Virus record (IMG/VR): IMGVR_UViG_2862465376_000001
Coordinates: 92,950 to 156,949 of that record
Reading direction: 5' to 3' (one strand)
DNA: 64,000 bases
Source of the DNA: a virus
Taxonomy: Duplodnaviria > Caudoviricetes
The notes under the pieces were generated by a model that did not search any database, was not told where the DNA came from, and worked only from the letters and a program-made list of their open reading frames with translations. The position numbers and the translations under genes are program-made. Below, piece after piece: positions 30,355 through 40,490 of this stretch. The first letter of the stretch is position 1. Every line of letters begins with the position of its first letter.

Positions 30355-30474
30355 ACTTTATACAAAAGCCGGACCCTCACCCCGATGCCGGGTCGGCTGA
30401 GGACAGTGCGGAACGTGCGGGGCGACGCCGCGCGTGTGCGGGTAAGAGGGTGGTGTCCGGCTTTTGTATAAAGT
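30355..30474. repeat. Perfect 20-bp inverted repeat, 80-bp spacer
   Basis: ACTTTATACAAAAGCCGGAC (30355-30374) and GTCCGGCTTTTGTATAAAGT (30455-30474). Confidence 0.9.
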
Positions 30475-30657
30475 GACCGTATCGAGGGGAAACGCGGGTG
30501 CCCCGGGGTGGATCAGGAGGAGAACTCCGGCTGGCGGGCCGGTACGGCGGAGACCCCGATCCTGCCACGGCCGCCACCACGAACGCCAACACCACGGCGC
30601 TGACGACCGGTAGGCTCCCCCGCATGAGGAGCACCGAGCCCGACCCGGGAGGGAGAC

Positions 30658-31299
30658 ATGAACAAAAAGGGCATGCGCAAACACCGCATCGGCATTGCCT
30701 ACGTGAAGGAATTCCTTGACCAGCACGGCCACAGCCGCATTCCGCCAAGGACCGTGGTGGACGGCCTGGACGTCAGCGCCTGGTGGTCCTCCGTCCGTAC
30801 CCACCTGCGTGAGATGCCCGAGATCAAACGCGCCGACATCCTCGCCCTCGGCGCCCTCGGCGCCGACCTGCGCACCGAGAAGCAGATCAAGGCAGAGCGC
30901 CTGGCGGCCGAGGCCCAGTGCCGCGCACTGAAGGCCCTCAAGCACGCCGAGCACGAGGCGCAGCAATTCGAGCAGGCACGCCAGAAGGCCCTGCGTCCGC
31001 ACCAGGCCGTCCTGGACGCCGTCGAGGCCTTCGCCGCCGACCGCCTGCACACCCTCGTCCCCCTGGGCGCCACCACCCCCACCGGCATCGCCTACGGCCG
31101 CGTCCTCGACCGCTGGCGGGAGAACCCCCAGGGCCTCGGCAGCCACCTGAAGCAAGCTCTGGAAGACATCCCGTACTGGACCTGGACCCGCACCCCGCCC
31201 CCTGTCCGGCCAGCCCCGCGCCCCCGGCCCGCGCCCATCCCGGCCGACATCACCCGCATGAACCGCACCGGCCTGCGCCAGTTCCTGCCCGCAGACTGA
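30658..31299 (+). CDS. Helicase-associated (HA) domain protein
   Basis: FLDQHGHSRIP..VVDGLDVSAWW; LEDIPYWTW. Confidence 0.55.
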   Translation: MNKKGMRKHRIGIAYVKEFLDQHGHSRIPPRTVVDGLDVSAWWSSVRTHLREMPEIKRADILALGALGADLRTEKQIKAERLAAEAQCRALKALKHAEHEAQQFEQARQKALRPHQAVLDAVEAFAADRLHTLVPLGATTPTGIAYGRVLDRWRENPQGLGSHLKQALEDIPYWTWTRTPPPVRPAPRPRPAPIPADITRMNRTGLRQFLPAD

Positions 31300-31458
31300 C
31301 ACCCGCCACGCCAGCGACCCCGCCGGAAGCGCTGGGGGGGGCGTGCGCTGCGTCGGCGGGGCCTGGAGGGCGTGTACCCGGCGTGCACGGTCCTACACAG
31401 CAGGAAGCCCCGCCCGCGCGCCACGGGGGCGACGCACGGACGGGGCGGTCGGGCGGTG

Positions 31459-31650
31459 CTACTGGGCGGACCTGCAGGCCGAGCACGGCACGGTGATGGG
31501 CTGCCTCGTGGTGAGGTCGACCATCATCACGGAGCCGAGGCCGTGGAGGCAGGAGCGGCACGGCCGGGTGACGGGACGCTCCTGGCGCAGCTGGTCGTAG
31601 GTCTCGACCAGGTCGGCGTACCGGGGGTCGGTCCATGAGGCGAGGGCCAT
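31459..31650 (-). CDS. Small CxxC..CxxC protein
   Basis: AGGAGG RBS; CRSC...CSAC. Confidence 0.5.
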   Translation of the reverse strand: MALASWTDPRYADLVETYDQLRQERPVTRPCRSCLHGLGSVMMVDLTTRQPITVPCSACRSAQ

Positions 31651-31720
31651 CGGGTTCCTCCTGGGTGGATGGCACTCACTGTACCGTCGCCCGTACCGTG
31701 TGTGAGCGGGTTTGGCGGGA

Positions 31721-32269
31721 TCAGGCAGTGGCGGGGAGGGGCGGGCTGGGGGTGAAGCCCGGGTTGGTGCAGCTGTTGCACTCCACGTTGCACTCGGTGT
31801 GGCAGTCGCCGCCCAGGGGTGCATCGCCGACGCCGCCCCACAGGTCCAGGTTGGGCTCGTAGCCCATCTCCCTGATGACCCTGATGCTGTCGTCCTGGGT
31901 GACGGCCACCGGGCGGCGGGTCTCGGGGCCCTCGGGAACGTGGTGGACGAAGCGGCCGAGTCCCTGGCACAGCTTGACGTAGATCGTGGTGTGCAGGATG
32001 AGGGCGTGCCAGCCCATGTCCACGCGGCGGGAGGGGCGGACCGCCGGGTCGGCCGGGTGCTTTGCGGCGGCGGCGACGAACTTGAGGGCTTCGTCCACGA
32101 TGCTCAGGGCGAGGGCCAGGTCGGTGATCTCCGGGTTGTCTCGGATGACGAGGGAGGCGACGCTGTTGGCCTCGTCGGGGGTGAGCAGGTCCAGGGCGGA
32201 GGACTTCGGCTCGGCCTCGGGCTGGGTGACGGTCACGGATTCCCCTTCGGTCGTGGAGCATGGCGGCAC
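31721..32269 (-). CDS. Glycine-rich-domain-like protein (start uncertain)
   Basis: PSRRVDMGWHALILHT..Y...C....GRFVHHVP. Confidence 0.6.
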   Translation of the reverse strand: MPPCSTTEGESVTVTQPEAEPKSSALDLLTPDEANSVASLVIRDNPEITDLALALSIVDEALKFVAAAAKHPADPAVRPSRRVDMGWHALILHTTIYVKLCQGLGRFVHHVPEGPETRRPVAVTQDDSIRVIREMGYEPNLDLWGGVGDAPLGGDCHTECNVECNSCTNPGFTPSPPLPATA

Positions 32270-32453
32270 GCGGTGATCGTGGGATCACTGCGTGTGCTCT
32301 GACGTGATGAAGGTATGACACATTCTCAGATCGAGAAAAGACCCCCGGGATGGTTGGCATATGCCCGGCCGCCGGACGGCGCGTGTTTCGGCCAGGGTGC
32401 GGCCGCTGTCGGCGGGGGCGTCCGGGGCGCCAGGGGGTAGAGAGGAGTCCGCC

Positions 32454-32702
32454 ATGCCGCCACGTGCCAAGAAGTCCCCCGCCCGCACCCAGATCCGCCT
32501 CCCCGTCTTCCCGGAGCGGACCTGCCGCGACCAGGTCTCCGGGGAGTTCGCCATCCACTCCTGCGAGGTCGTCGAGGGGCACCGGGGCCCGCACGCCTCG
32601 CAGTCCGTGGCGACGTCGATGACGGCCCGCCTCGCGTGGGAGAACCGCAACCCGGACCAGCTGGAGCCGGTGGCCGACGACCCGTTCGTGAGCGGCTGGT
32701 GA
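32454..32702 (+). CDS. Small hypothetical protein
   Basis: GAGGAG RBS. Confidence 0.5.
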   Translation: MPPRAKKSPARTQIRLPVFPERTCRDQVSGEFAIHSCEVVEGHRGPHASQSVATSMTARLAWENRNPDQLEPVADDPFVSGW

Positions 32703-32902
32703 CCGCCCCAGGGGCCTTCCCGGCGCCCCCGGCCCAGGACCCGGCCGCCGCCCTCCACGACGACACCGTGGCGGCCCTGCAGCGCCTGCACAACCACCTC
32801 GCCGTCCACCGGCCCCGGGCGCTGGCTTCCTTCAACGGCGCGGCCGTCGACCTCGCCATCCACCTGATGCAGCAGATGACGCCCGAGCGCCCGTGAACGA
32901 CA

Positions 32903-32938
32903 AGGCCCCCTCTCCAGGCACAAACGGAGAGGGGGCCT
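32903..32938. terminator. Bidirectional hairpin terminator
   Basis: AGGCCCCCTCTCC...GGAGAGGGGGCCT. Confidence 0.7.
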
Positions 32939-32953
32939 CGCTGGCGGGTACGG

Positions 32954-33553
32954 TCAGTCGTCGAAGATCGCGCCGGTCTCCTCGGCCTTCATCTGCCGCA
33001 GCTCCTCGCGAATCGCCTTCAGCAGCGGGGGTACCACCGGCCGGACCGGAACACCCGTCTCCCGGGCCTCCGCGCGGGCGGCCTCCACGGCCGCGTGCTC
33101 CTCGCGCATCAGCACCCGCATCATCGCCCGCATCGTCTTCTGGAAGATCCGCAGGTCCGGGTTGCGCACCCTGAACATCTGCCAGTGCGCGTCGAGCGCA
33201 TAGTCGACCACGAGCGGCTTCTGCTTGTCCGCCGCGTACACGCCCTCCGGGAGCAGCAGGTCGCCCGGCGGCACCATGAAGTTCAACTCCTCGGCCTCCG
33301 GCTCCGGCTTGTGACGTCGTGCACGCGCGCTGCCGTGCTGCTCCCGCCGGTGCCGCTCCATGGCCTGCGGCTGGGGAGACGTAGTCACCACCCCCTCCCG
33401 GGCGCAGTCAGGACAGTGCAGTTCCTCCGGCTCGGGCTCCGGCACGGCCGCCAGGACGGGCTGTACGGGCTTCGGAGCGGCAGGGGCCTGCTCCTTCTGC
33501 TGGGCGGCCTTCTCGGCGGCGCGACGGGCCTTGCGGGCTGCACTGCTGGCCAT
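32954..33553 (-). CDS. C2H2 Zn-finger protein
   Basis: CPDC...MERHRREQH; GAGGAG RBS. Confidence 0.6.
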   Translation of the reverse strand: MASSAARKARRAAEKAAQQKEQAPAAPKPVQPVLAAVPEPEPEELHCPDCAREGVVTTSPQPQAMERHRREQHGSARARRHKPEPEAEELNFMVPPGDLLLPEGVYAADKQKPLVVDYALDAHWQMFRVRNPDLRIFQKTMRAMMRVLMREEHAAVEAARAEARETGVPVRPVVPPLLKAIREELRQMKAEETGAIFDD

Positions 33554-33610
33554 GAGTGGCGGTCTCCTCGGCGTGTGGTGGGCAGATCACCATTCTAGCG
33601 GCTCAGACGT

Positions 33611-34213
33611 TCAATTCTTTTTCATTGCCGGTGTCCGGCCCTCGCGAGCCATACCAAGCCGTGTGGCCATGTCCAGCAGCATGCTGGGAGGAAGATCGTC
33701 GTACTCGCCCATCCTCCTCACCCGCTGACCGATCCGGCTGGCCAGGCCATCGGCGAAGTCCAGTGACGCTGTCGTGCGTCGGTACATGAACACCGGCGGC
33801 TTCACCCGGTGAATCTCGCGCCCCAGGGACTCGACCACCTCGGCGAGGAACGGCAACGCTCTCGTCCGCTGTGCCGTGCGACCGTACTGGTAGTCCCGCA
33901 GCAGCCCCTGGGTGCCCCTGCAGTCGCTGAGCACGACCGGAGACCGCTCCCCGGCGGAGCGCGCCATGATGTGGCAGGCGATGACGCCGAGCAGCTCCGC
34001 CTGCGCCGACGCCGGAGACGGCACGGGCACCCGTATGAGGTGTGCGGGGCCGTCCACCTCTCCCCAGCGGTTCGTCGGGACGATGGCCACCCTCGCCATG
34101 TCTTTCTCGGCATGCATGGAGGCGTCGCACGCCCACAGCGTGCTGCCCTCTGGCACCGTACCGACGTCCACCGAGAGGTAGCGGCTGCCAGGCTTCCTTC
34201 CTCGTCGAGACAT
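33611..34213 (-). CDS. Divergent RNase H-fold protein
   Basis: WACDAS, AQAELLG, VLSDC, FADGLA give a D-E-D-D tetrad. Confidence 0.6.
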   Translation of the reverse strand: MSRRGRKPGSRYLSVDVGTVPEGSTLWACDASMHAEKDMARVAIVPTNRWGEVDGPAHLIRVPVPSPASAQAELLGVIACHIMARSAGERSPVVLSDCRGTQGLLRDYQYGRTAQRTRALPFLAEVVESLGREIHRVKPPVFMYRRTTASLDFADGLASRIGQRVRRMGEYDDLPPSMLLDMATRLGMAREGRTPAMKKN

Positions 34214-34222
34214 GGCTTCCTC

Positions 34223-35197
34223 CTACGCCTTCGCGAGGTATCCGGCGAGGTCGTACACCGGAGAGCCGTCCAGGTCGTGCCGGGCCAGGTCGTAGCGGTT
34301 CGTGGTGCGGGGATCGGCGTGACCGAGGAAGCGCTGCACCTTCCGCAGCGGCACACCTGCGTCGAGCATCAGCGTGGCGCAGGTGTGGCGCAGGCCGTGC
34401 GGGGAGAGCGCCTTGTCGATGCGGGCAGCCCTGCAGCAGCGCTGGACGATGCCCGCGATACGCCGGTTGGTCAGCCGCTTGCCGTCGGCGCACAGCACGA
34501 GAGCGTCGCCGTCACGGCGACCGGGCCGCCGCGCGAGGTGCTCGTCCAGCGCGCGGGCGGCGTCCGGCGGCACCACCAGGGTCTGCTTCTTGGTGCGCTT
34601 GCGGACGATCTGCAGAGTCCGGTGGCCGCGCGCCCCGCCGTAGCTGGCCACGTTCGCGGCCTCCAGCTCGGCCGACCGCAGGCCCATCCCCAGCAGGATC
34701 TCGATGACGGCCGCGTCGGCCGCCCCGTACTCCCAGCTCATCGCCCGCAGCCGCTGGGCCTCCTCCTTGTCCAGCCCGAGCGTCTGCGACTCGTCAGAGG
34801 TCTCGACCCGGTGCTTCTTCCGCCACGGCGTGTGCTCGATCTCGAACGCCTGCGGGTACTCGTCCAGGCCGTACTCGTACCAGGAGTTCATGGCCGACAG
34901 GGCCTGGTTCACCGCCGAGGCGCCGAGCACCTCCTGCAGGTCCGCCGACCACTGCGCGGAGTGCTGGCGCCGGGCAGCCAGCGGCGAGACCCCGTTGTCC
35001 AGCGTCCAGTCGAACCAGTTGCCGACGCACCGTCGGTAGGCCCGCTTGGTATGGGCGTTCTTCAGCTCCAGCGCCCACTGCCGCTCGATCTCCTCGCACA
35101 CCCGGCGGACGTACGCCTCGTCCTCGTCGCGGACCAGTGTGCCCGCCGGGGCGACGACAAGGTCTGTGGTCACTGTGCTGATGGGCCTCGGGCTCAC
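34223..35197 (-). CDS. Tyrosine recombinase (XerC/D-like), intact
   Basis: GLRSAEL, KRTK, SPHGLRHTCAT, LGHADPRTTNRY. Confidence 0.92.
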   Translation of the reverse strand: MSPRPISTVTTDLVVAPAGTLVRDEDEAYVRRVCEEIERQWALELKNAHTKRAYRRCVGNWFDWTLDNGVSPLAARRQHSAQWSADLQEVLGASAVNQALSAMNSWYEYGLDEYPQAFEIEHTPWRKKHRVETSDESQTLGLDKEEAQRLRAMSWEYGAADAAVIEILLGMGLRSAELEAANVASYGGARGHRTLQIVRKRTKKQTLVVPPDAARALDEHLARRPGRRDGDALVLCADGKRLTNRRIAGIVQRCCRAARIDKALSPHGLRHTCATLMLDAGVPLRKVQRFLGHADPRTTNRYDLARHDLDGSPVYDLAGYLAKA

Positions 35198-35793
35198 ATG
35201 GTCTCCGCTGTATAGCGGCTGAAGTCGCCGACTGCGAGGGCGGCCCACTGCGGAGCATGCCGTCGGACGACGTCCCCCTTGACCTTGCCCGTGCTGTATC
35301 GCAAGCCGAGTTTGGCGAGCGAGTCGGCGGTCTCATTGAGCGGATGACCGGTGTGGCCCGGGACGAGGCGGAAGCTGAGTTCCTGGAGGCGGCGCACCTT
35401 GCGTTGCAGGGCGACCAGGGTGGCGACCCCGCCCTGGGACCGTGAGCGCAGCGAGTATCCGGGCGGCATGTCCTCCGCCCCTTCCTTCCACTTGGTCAGG
35501 TAGCTCAGCGCGTCTTCGCTGTCGGTCAGTACACGGATCGGCTTGCGGTCGCTCTCATCCACGAGGTTCTCCAGAGCGTCCATGACCGCGCGCAGCTCGT
35601 TGACGGTCGATCGGTGCCTGCCGCCCATGAGATGCAGGGAGTAGGGGTGAGCGCGCATGCCATAGTGGCCCTGGCTGCTGACATAGGCGATTGCCACGTG
35701 AGTGTCGTTGACTGATGCGTCAGTAGCTACGACCAGGCGCTCCGCGCACTGGTACCCCTCTACCAGGCCGTATTCCTTGATCTGTCCGGTCAC
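35194..35793 (-). CDS. RNase HI-like protein
   Basis: ATDAS, NELRAV, LTDS, VPGHTGHPLNETADSLAK. Confidence 0.85.
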   Translation of the reverse strand: MTGQIKEYGLVEGYQCAERLVVATDASVNDTHVAIAYVSSQGHYGMRAHPYSLHLMGGRHRSTVNELRAVMDALENLVDESDRKPIRVLTDSEDALSYLTKWKEGAEDMPPGYSLRSRSQGGVATLVALQRKVRRLQELSFRLVPGHTGHPLNETADSLAKLGLRYSTGKVKGDVVRRHAPQWAALAVGDFSRYTAETM

Positions 35794-36935
35794 GGCAGCT
35801 TTCCGTACCTCTCCTCGATCTCGGCCTTGCAGGGCTTGCAGGTGCTGTGCCCGAGCGTCCAGGCGCCGACGGCGAGCTGGTCAGGGTCGACCCAGAGGAA
35901 GCAGGAGCCGCACAGCTCCTGGTCCTTCGACGTCGGCGGCCCGCAGCGCAGGCGGAAACCGGTCCGCCGCTCCTTGCCGTGGGCGGTGGTGCCGCTCTCG
36001 TGCAGGTTGCGGCGCGCCACCCACCGAGAGCCGCCCATGCGCTGGCCGCCGGTGGGATCCCACACCTCGACCTTGTCGCCGTCCACGGCCGTCACGACGA
36101 ACGGCTTGCCGGGATAGGCATAGCTCGGTGGGCGGCACGGCACGTACGTCTGCCACAGCTTCACCTCGAAGGTCACGACTCAACTCCTGCAATGCGCTCC
36201 AGGTTCTTGACACAGTCGGCGCGGAGTTCGTACCCCTCCTGGTACGGATCGGGGTCGCAGGCCCAGTAGACCTCGCGGTAGTCACGCACCCTCGGCTCGG
36301 GCCGCCCCGACTTCCAGGTCATCACCGTCTTGTGGGCGGGCCTGTCGTACTTCGTGATGGTGCCGAGCACCTTGCCGTCACGGCTGGCCTCGTAGGTGAC
36401 TACGGCGAAGTCCTCGTCGACCGTGTCGATCTTGCGGAGCCGAGTCTTGCTGGCGGGGGTCGTCACGAGCGCTCCTCTGGAGTACTGAGCAGGTCGTCGC
36501 CGTACGTCTCCAACTCCTGCTGGGTGGGAGGCCGTCCGGCGCGAGTCTCGAATGCGACGGGGAACCATTCTCGGATGACGTCGAGCTGGTCGCGCCGCCC
36601 GCCAGGGGTGAGCGAGCTGCGGTCCAGCTCGAACTCGCCCTGTCGCCCAGACGTAGCGAGGGCCTTGCCGATCCATGCCAGCGTCGGCCTGGGTCGGCCG
36701 ACTCCCCTGAACGGGTTCGTGGGGGTCACAGCCATTCGTCTTCCCCTCCGAAAAAGTCACGCTGGTACTCGCGAGCCAACTGCAGGCCGAGCCGAGTCAG
36801 TCTCCGTTTGGGGCTGATGAGGGAGGCGGCGCGCAGCTCTGCCTCAGCTTCCTCACTGCCGATGCCGACCTTGCCTCCGATCCGAGGCTCGGCGTTGGTG
36901 AGCATGTCCTTGGCCTGTTCGCTGAGCGCTGTCAC
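35790..36935 (-). CDS. Four small coupled hypothetical ORFs (36935-36726, 36735-36463, 36466-36173, 36176-35790)
   Basis: Overlapping stop/start codons leading into the RNase H-recombinase operon. Confidence 0.55.
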
Positions 36936-37108
36936 GGTCCTGCTCCCGCGTGCCTGGCAGTGGTGGTCATGCGAGAGATTTTTACATACCCCCCGTGGGT
37001 TCGCGTCAATAATGCCAGTTATCGACGCGCCGACAGGGGGTTGACGGTACCCAAAACATCGGCCAGGATTCTGGGTACCTTAAACCGACGGGAAGAGGGG
37101 GCTCCGCC

Positions 37109-37600
37109 ATGGGGCGCATCAACGTCTACCGCTACGACGAGATCGAGGGCAGGCAGTACGCCGGACACTTCGATGACACCTCCGCCGAGAAGTTCCTGAA
37201 CGCGGCCGACAACGACATGTGGGAGGACACCCGCCTGCACGAGGAGCTGTACCGCACCAAGGGCGGCCGGTGGGTGCGCTGCGACTGGGACCAGTGGCAG
37301 GGCAGCGTCGCCAAGTACTGGTTCGTCACCCCTGACGAGGCCCGGCAGTGGCTCCTGACGGAGAAGCACCACGACGTCGTCGAGAAGTACTTCGACGAGC
37401 TGGAGGAGGAGGCCGGACCTGCCGTCGGCGGCCGACCGGCGATCGGCCCGAAGCGCAAGGTCAACCTCAGCGAACAGACCCTGGCCCGCGTGGCGGCCTA
37501 CCGCGAGCAGAACTCCAAGGGCGACAAGCTCATGACGGAGGCCGAGGCCCTGCGTCTGCTGATCGAGGCCGGACTGGACCTGTGGGAGAAGTCCGCCTGA
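37109..37600 (+). CDS. Protein with C-terminal RHH-like domain
   Basis: KRKVNLSEQTLARVAAY...EAEALRLLIEAGL. Confidence 0.65.
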   Translation: MGRINVYRYDEIEGRQYAGHFDDTSAEKFLNAADNDMWEDTRLHEELYRTKGGRWVRCDWDQWQGSVAKYWFVTPDEARQWLLTEKHHDVVEKYFDELEEEAGPAVGGRPAIGPKRKVNLSEQTLARVAAYREQNSKGDKLMTEAEALRLLIEAGLDLWEKSA

Positions 37601-37857
37601 TGACACGTACGTGGGGTGTGGAGGTCACGTCGGTGCACGGGATGATCGGCTTCGGCCGTGTCACCGGCGAGACTCCCGGGGAGGCGCTGCGCCGGACGAA
37701 GGAGCGAGTCCGGGACGCGATGCTCGCACAGATGCCGGACGGTGCCAGCGAGTACACGGTGTCGGTCTACGCGCCAGGGCATCGCATGGGAGACGCCTCG
37801 GTTGCTGCAGAGCGGGTGACACTGGTGAAGCTCCGCCCCGGCCCAGAATCGCTGTGA
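37600..37857 (+). CDS. Small hypothetical protein
   Basis: TGATG coupling. Confidence 0.5.
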   Translation: MTRTWGVEVTSVHGMIGFGRVTGETPGEALRRTKERVRDAMLAQMPDGASEYTVSVYAPGHRMGDASVAAERVTLVKLRPGPESL

Positions 37858-38054
37858 TGGGCGGGCTTCCTGCGGGCAGTGGCACGGACCGTCGGATCCC
37901 TCACGTCACACACGGCCGTGGTCGCGTGCTGCTTCACCCGGGGTGCTGGCCGCAGCCCCTGCAGACCAGGGCGCGGTTACTCCGTTCCTCACCTCCCGGC
38001 CGTGACCGGGTCCGTGCGTACTTCGGAGCAGGAGCACGACCAACGTAGCACCCT

Positions 38055-38091
38055 GCAGAGTTAGTTACCTCCTGGGCGTAACTAACTCTGC
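38055..38091. repeat. Perfect 14-9-14 inverted repeat (recombination-site-like)
   Basis: GCAGAGTTAGTTAC-CTCCTGGGC-GTAACTAACTCTGC. Confidence 0.85.
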
Positions 38092-38362
38092 GTCGGAGAC
38101 GCGTACGGCCCTCTCCGTCGAGACCGGTGAGGGCCGTACTGCTCGCGCCGTCGTGGGGAGTTGTGAGGGCTCGGCTCCCAGCACCGGCGCCCGGCGAGCG
38201 CAGGCGTCAGCGTGGAACCCTCCCCACGGTGGTGGCCTCACGGTAGTGGCTCCTTGCCGTCCTCACGTCTCTTTCACGGAACGGTCACGCCACCCGGCGT
38301 GACCTTGTTCGAGGTCTGTTCGTTGACCAGGGCGACGACACGCCACCGTTTCACTCGCGTGT

Positions 38363-38378
38363 TCGAATAGGTGTTCGA
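38363..38378. promoter_or_regulatory. Possible LexA (SOS) box
   Basis: TCGAATAGGTGTTCGA versus actinobacterial consensus TCGAAC-N4-GTTCGA. Confidence 0.5.
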
Positions 38379-38670
38379 TACGGTGGCGGGGAACCGGAGG
38401 GAGGTGCGCGGTCGTCCGGAGCGGAGAATCGTTCTGACAGAACTGTGTCGACATGAAGATGTTGAAGTGGTGAACGGACGGATGATCGTCAAGGCCGTGG
38501 CCAGAGCGTTGCGGCCACCCCAGAGATGGGGTAGGTTCCATTTGCCTGCATATTCAACCACCGATCTCGATGCACTCTGCAGTCGTTCGGCCACCCGCCA
38601 CCGGACGAATTCTCCATCGAGTGAATGAAGGCGATATTCACGCACGTGCCGACAGGGAAAAGGCTGGTTC

Positions 38671-39141
38671 ATGAATGGGGAATCCACCGAGGTCGACGGC
38701 GACTCGGACTCCCGTACAGAGCGACCCAGGAGAATGCCGCCCCGGGCCTACGTGCTAGGGGCGACTCTGCTTGTTGTCGGGATATTCGCCGGTTTCTCCA
38801 TAGCGTCGAAGTCAATCCCTCCGGCACCGACCCCCAGCGTCACACACGTGGGCGCACCGACGGAGACGACGATCCCCGGCGACGGAACGTTCCTCGTCGG
38901 CAGGACCGACCACACCGACGTCCGCCCGGGGCTCTACCACTCGACGGGCAACACCCGCCCCTGCACCTGGACGCGCGCCGAGGACGCCAGCGGCGAGGTC
39001 CGGTCCGTCATCGCGCAGAACACGTCCCGTGGCGACGCGTATGTCGAGCTGCACGCGGGCGAGTTCTTCGACAGCAGCAACTGCCTGGTCTGGGAGCGGG
39101 TGGAAACCCCGCAGGGACCCCGTACCGGCGGGGTTGAGTAA
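38671..39141 (+). CDS. Membrane-anchored/secreted protein
   Basis: TM helix; IPGDGTFLVG..DVRPGLYHS..CTWTR. Confidence 0.6.
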   Translation: MNGESTEVDGDSDSRTERPRRMPPRAYVLGATLLVVGIFAGFSIASKSIPPAPTPSVTHVGAPTETTIPGDGTFLVGRTDHTDVRPGLYHSTGNTRPCTWTRAEDASGEVRSVIAQNTSRGDAYVELHAGEFFDSSNCLVWERVETPQGPRTGGVE

Positions 39142-39171
39142 CCGCCTCCGCTGGCCGATCCTGATACAGGA

Positions 39172-39206
39172 GAAGCCCCCGGCCAACTCATCTGGCCGGG
39201 GGCTTC
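39172..39206. terminator. Bidirectional hairpin terminator
   Basis: GAAGCCCCCGGCCA...TGGCCGGGGGCTTC. Confidence 0.7.
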
Positions 39207-39223
39207 CTATGTGAGGTGGTACG

Positions 39224-39421
39224 TCAGGCGCGGACGCTGTTCACGAACGCGGTCCAGGCGGCCGGGGCGACGCCGATGATGACGCGCTCCTTGCCCTGCT
39301 GCTTGCTGTCGTAGAACCCGACCTTGGCAAGGGTCCCGTCGGTGTCGCGGGCCTCGCCCTTGAAGAGGCAGTTTTCACCCACTCCGCTGCGGGTCGACTT
39401 GTGGAAATTGGTGAACTTCAC
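39224..39421 (-). CDS. DUF397 protein
   Basis: FHKSTRS...NC...YDSK...AAWTAFV. Confidence 0.8.
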   Translation of the reverse strand: MKFTNFHKSTRSGVGENCLFKGEARDTDGTLAKVGFYDSKQQGKERVIIGVAPAAWTAFVNSVRA

Positions 39422-39445
39422 GGTGTTCCTTTCTCTGTCCTCGGC

Positions 39446-40312
39446 TCACAGTCGTCCGAGGAAGTTGTGGAGGTACTGACGGGACTCCTGGACGCTCAGA
39501 GCTTCGCTCAGGAGCCGGTCGTACCGGGCCCGGTACATGGCGACCTGACTCCCATTCTCCACGAAGATGCCGTCACCGTAGCCTTCGCGGTAGGCCAACT
39601 CCACGTCAACGACGGTCATCAGGACAAATGACCCCGATGTTCCCGCGTGCATGCCGGAGCTGAAGGGGAGGACCTGGATGCTGGCCTTCGTCTCGCCCAT
39701 GTTGAGCAGGTGCTGGATCTGCTCGCGGTGGGCGTCGATGTCGCCCTTCGCGGGAGGCGTCATGATGGCCGCCTCTCCGATGATGGCCCATACCTGCGGA
39801 CGTACGTCCGCATCCAGGAGCTGCTTGCGCGACTCGCGCAGGGCCATGTGCCCTGCGACAACGTCAGGACTCACGAGGGGCTGGCCGGGCTGGGCAAGCA
39901 AGCCTCGGTTGATGGTCTCCTCAGAAGTCCGCGCGGTCTGGAGCAGGCCGGGGATCACGTAGGGCTCCCACGTCCGCAGTGCTGTCGACAGGACCTCTGC
40001 TTCCGCGTAGTCGGTGTAGGTCGGACCGACGTTGCTGGCCGCGCCGAGCGGGGTGCGCTTCTTCGCGCGGTCGGCCCACTCCTCCAGACGCCGGATCCGC
40101 ATCTCCTTGTCGATCCCGTAGAGGTCGCACAGGGGCCAGATCAGCGCCTTCCTCGGGGTGGTGTGGCCAGACTCGTAGCGGTAGAGGGTCGGCTTGGAGA
40201 TGCCCAGCTTCTCCTGCACCTCGGCGGCGGTCATCCCCGCCTCTTCGCGAGCGGCCTTGAGCATCTTGCCGAGGATCTGGGTTCGGATGTTCGGCTGCGA
40301 GCCGTATGCCAT
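39446..40312 (-). CDS. XRE HTH + DUF5753 regulator (WhiJ-like)
   Basis: LKAAREEAGMT..YRYESG; IPGLLQT; WAIIGEAA; IQVLPF; ALSVQES. Confidence 0.85.
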   Translation of the reverse strand: MAYGSQPNIRTQILGKMLKAAREEAGMTAAEVQEKLGISKPTLYRYESGHTTPRKALIWPLCDLYGIDKEMRIRRLEEWADRAKKRTPLGAASNVGPTYTDYAEAEVLSTALRTWEPYVIPGLLQTARTSEETINRGLLAQPGQPLVSPDVVAGHMALRESRKQLLDADVRPQVWAIIGEAAIMTPPAKGDIDAHREQIQHLLNMGETKASIQVLPFSSGMHAGTSGSFVLMTVVDVELAYREGYGDGIFVENGSQVAMYRARYDRLLSEALSVQESRQYLHNFLGRL

Positions 40313-40490
40313 GCCTCTCCTCCCCTTGTCGGCCAGGGCGTTGGTGGCCTGGGTAGGGATCAGTCTGCACCCCGGGCGGGTGATCAGGCCAGCCACACGT
40401 TCGTGCACATTCTCATCATGAGGACTTGCAGAATGCGAGATCTTCCGGAACGGTAGGTGCCAACCTGCTTACGCTGGGTACCGCAACGGT

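Noticed and set aside
33611-35793. DIRS-like retroelement (tyrosine recombinase + RNase H)
   Set aside because: No reverse transcriptase motifs or terminal repeats seen.
37860-38670. Short ORFs in this gap
   Set aside because: Weak codon bias and no clear RBS; more likely regulatory DNA.
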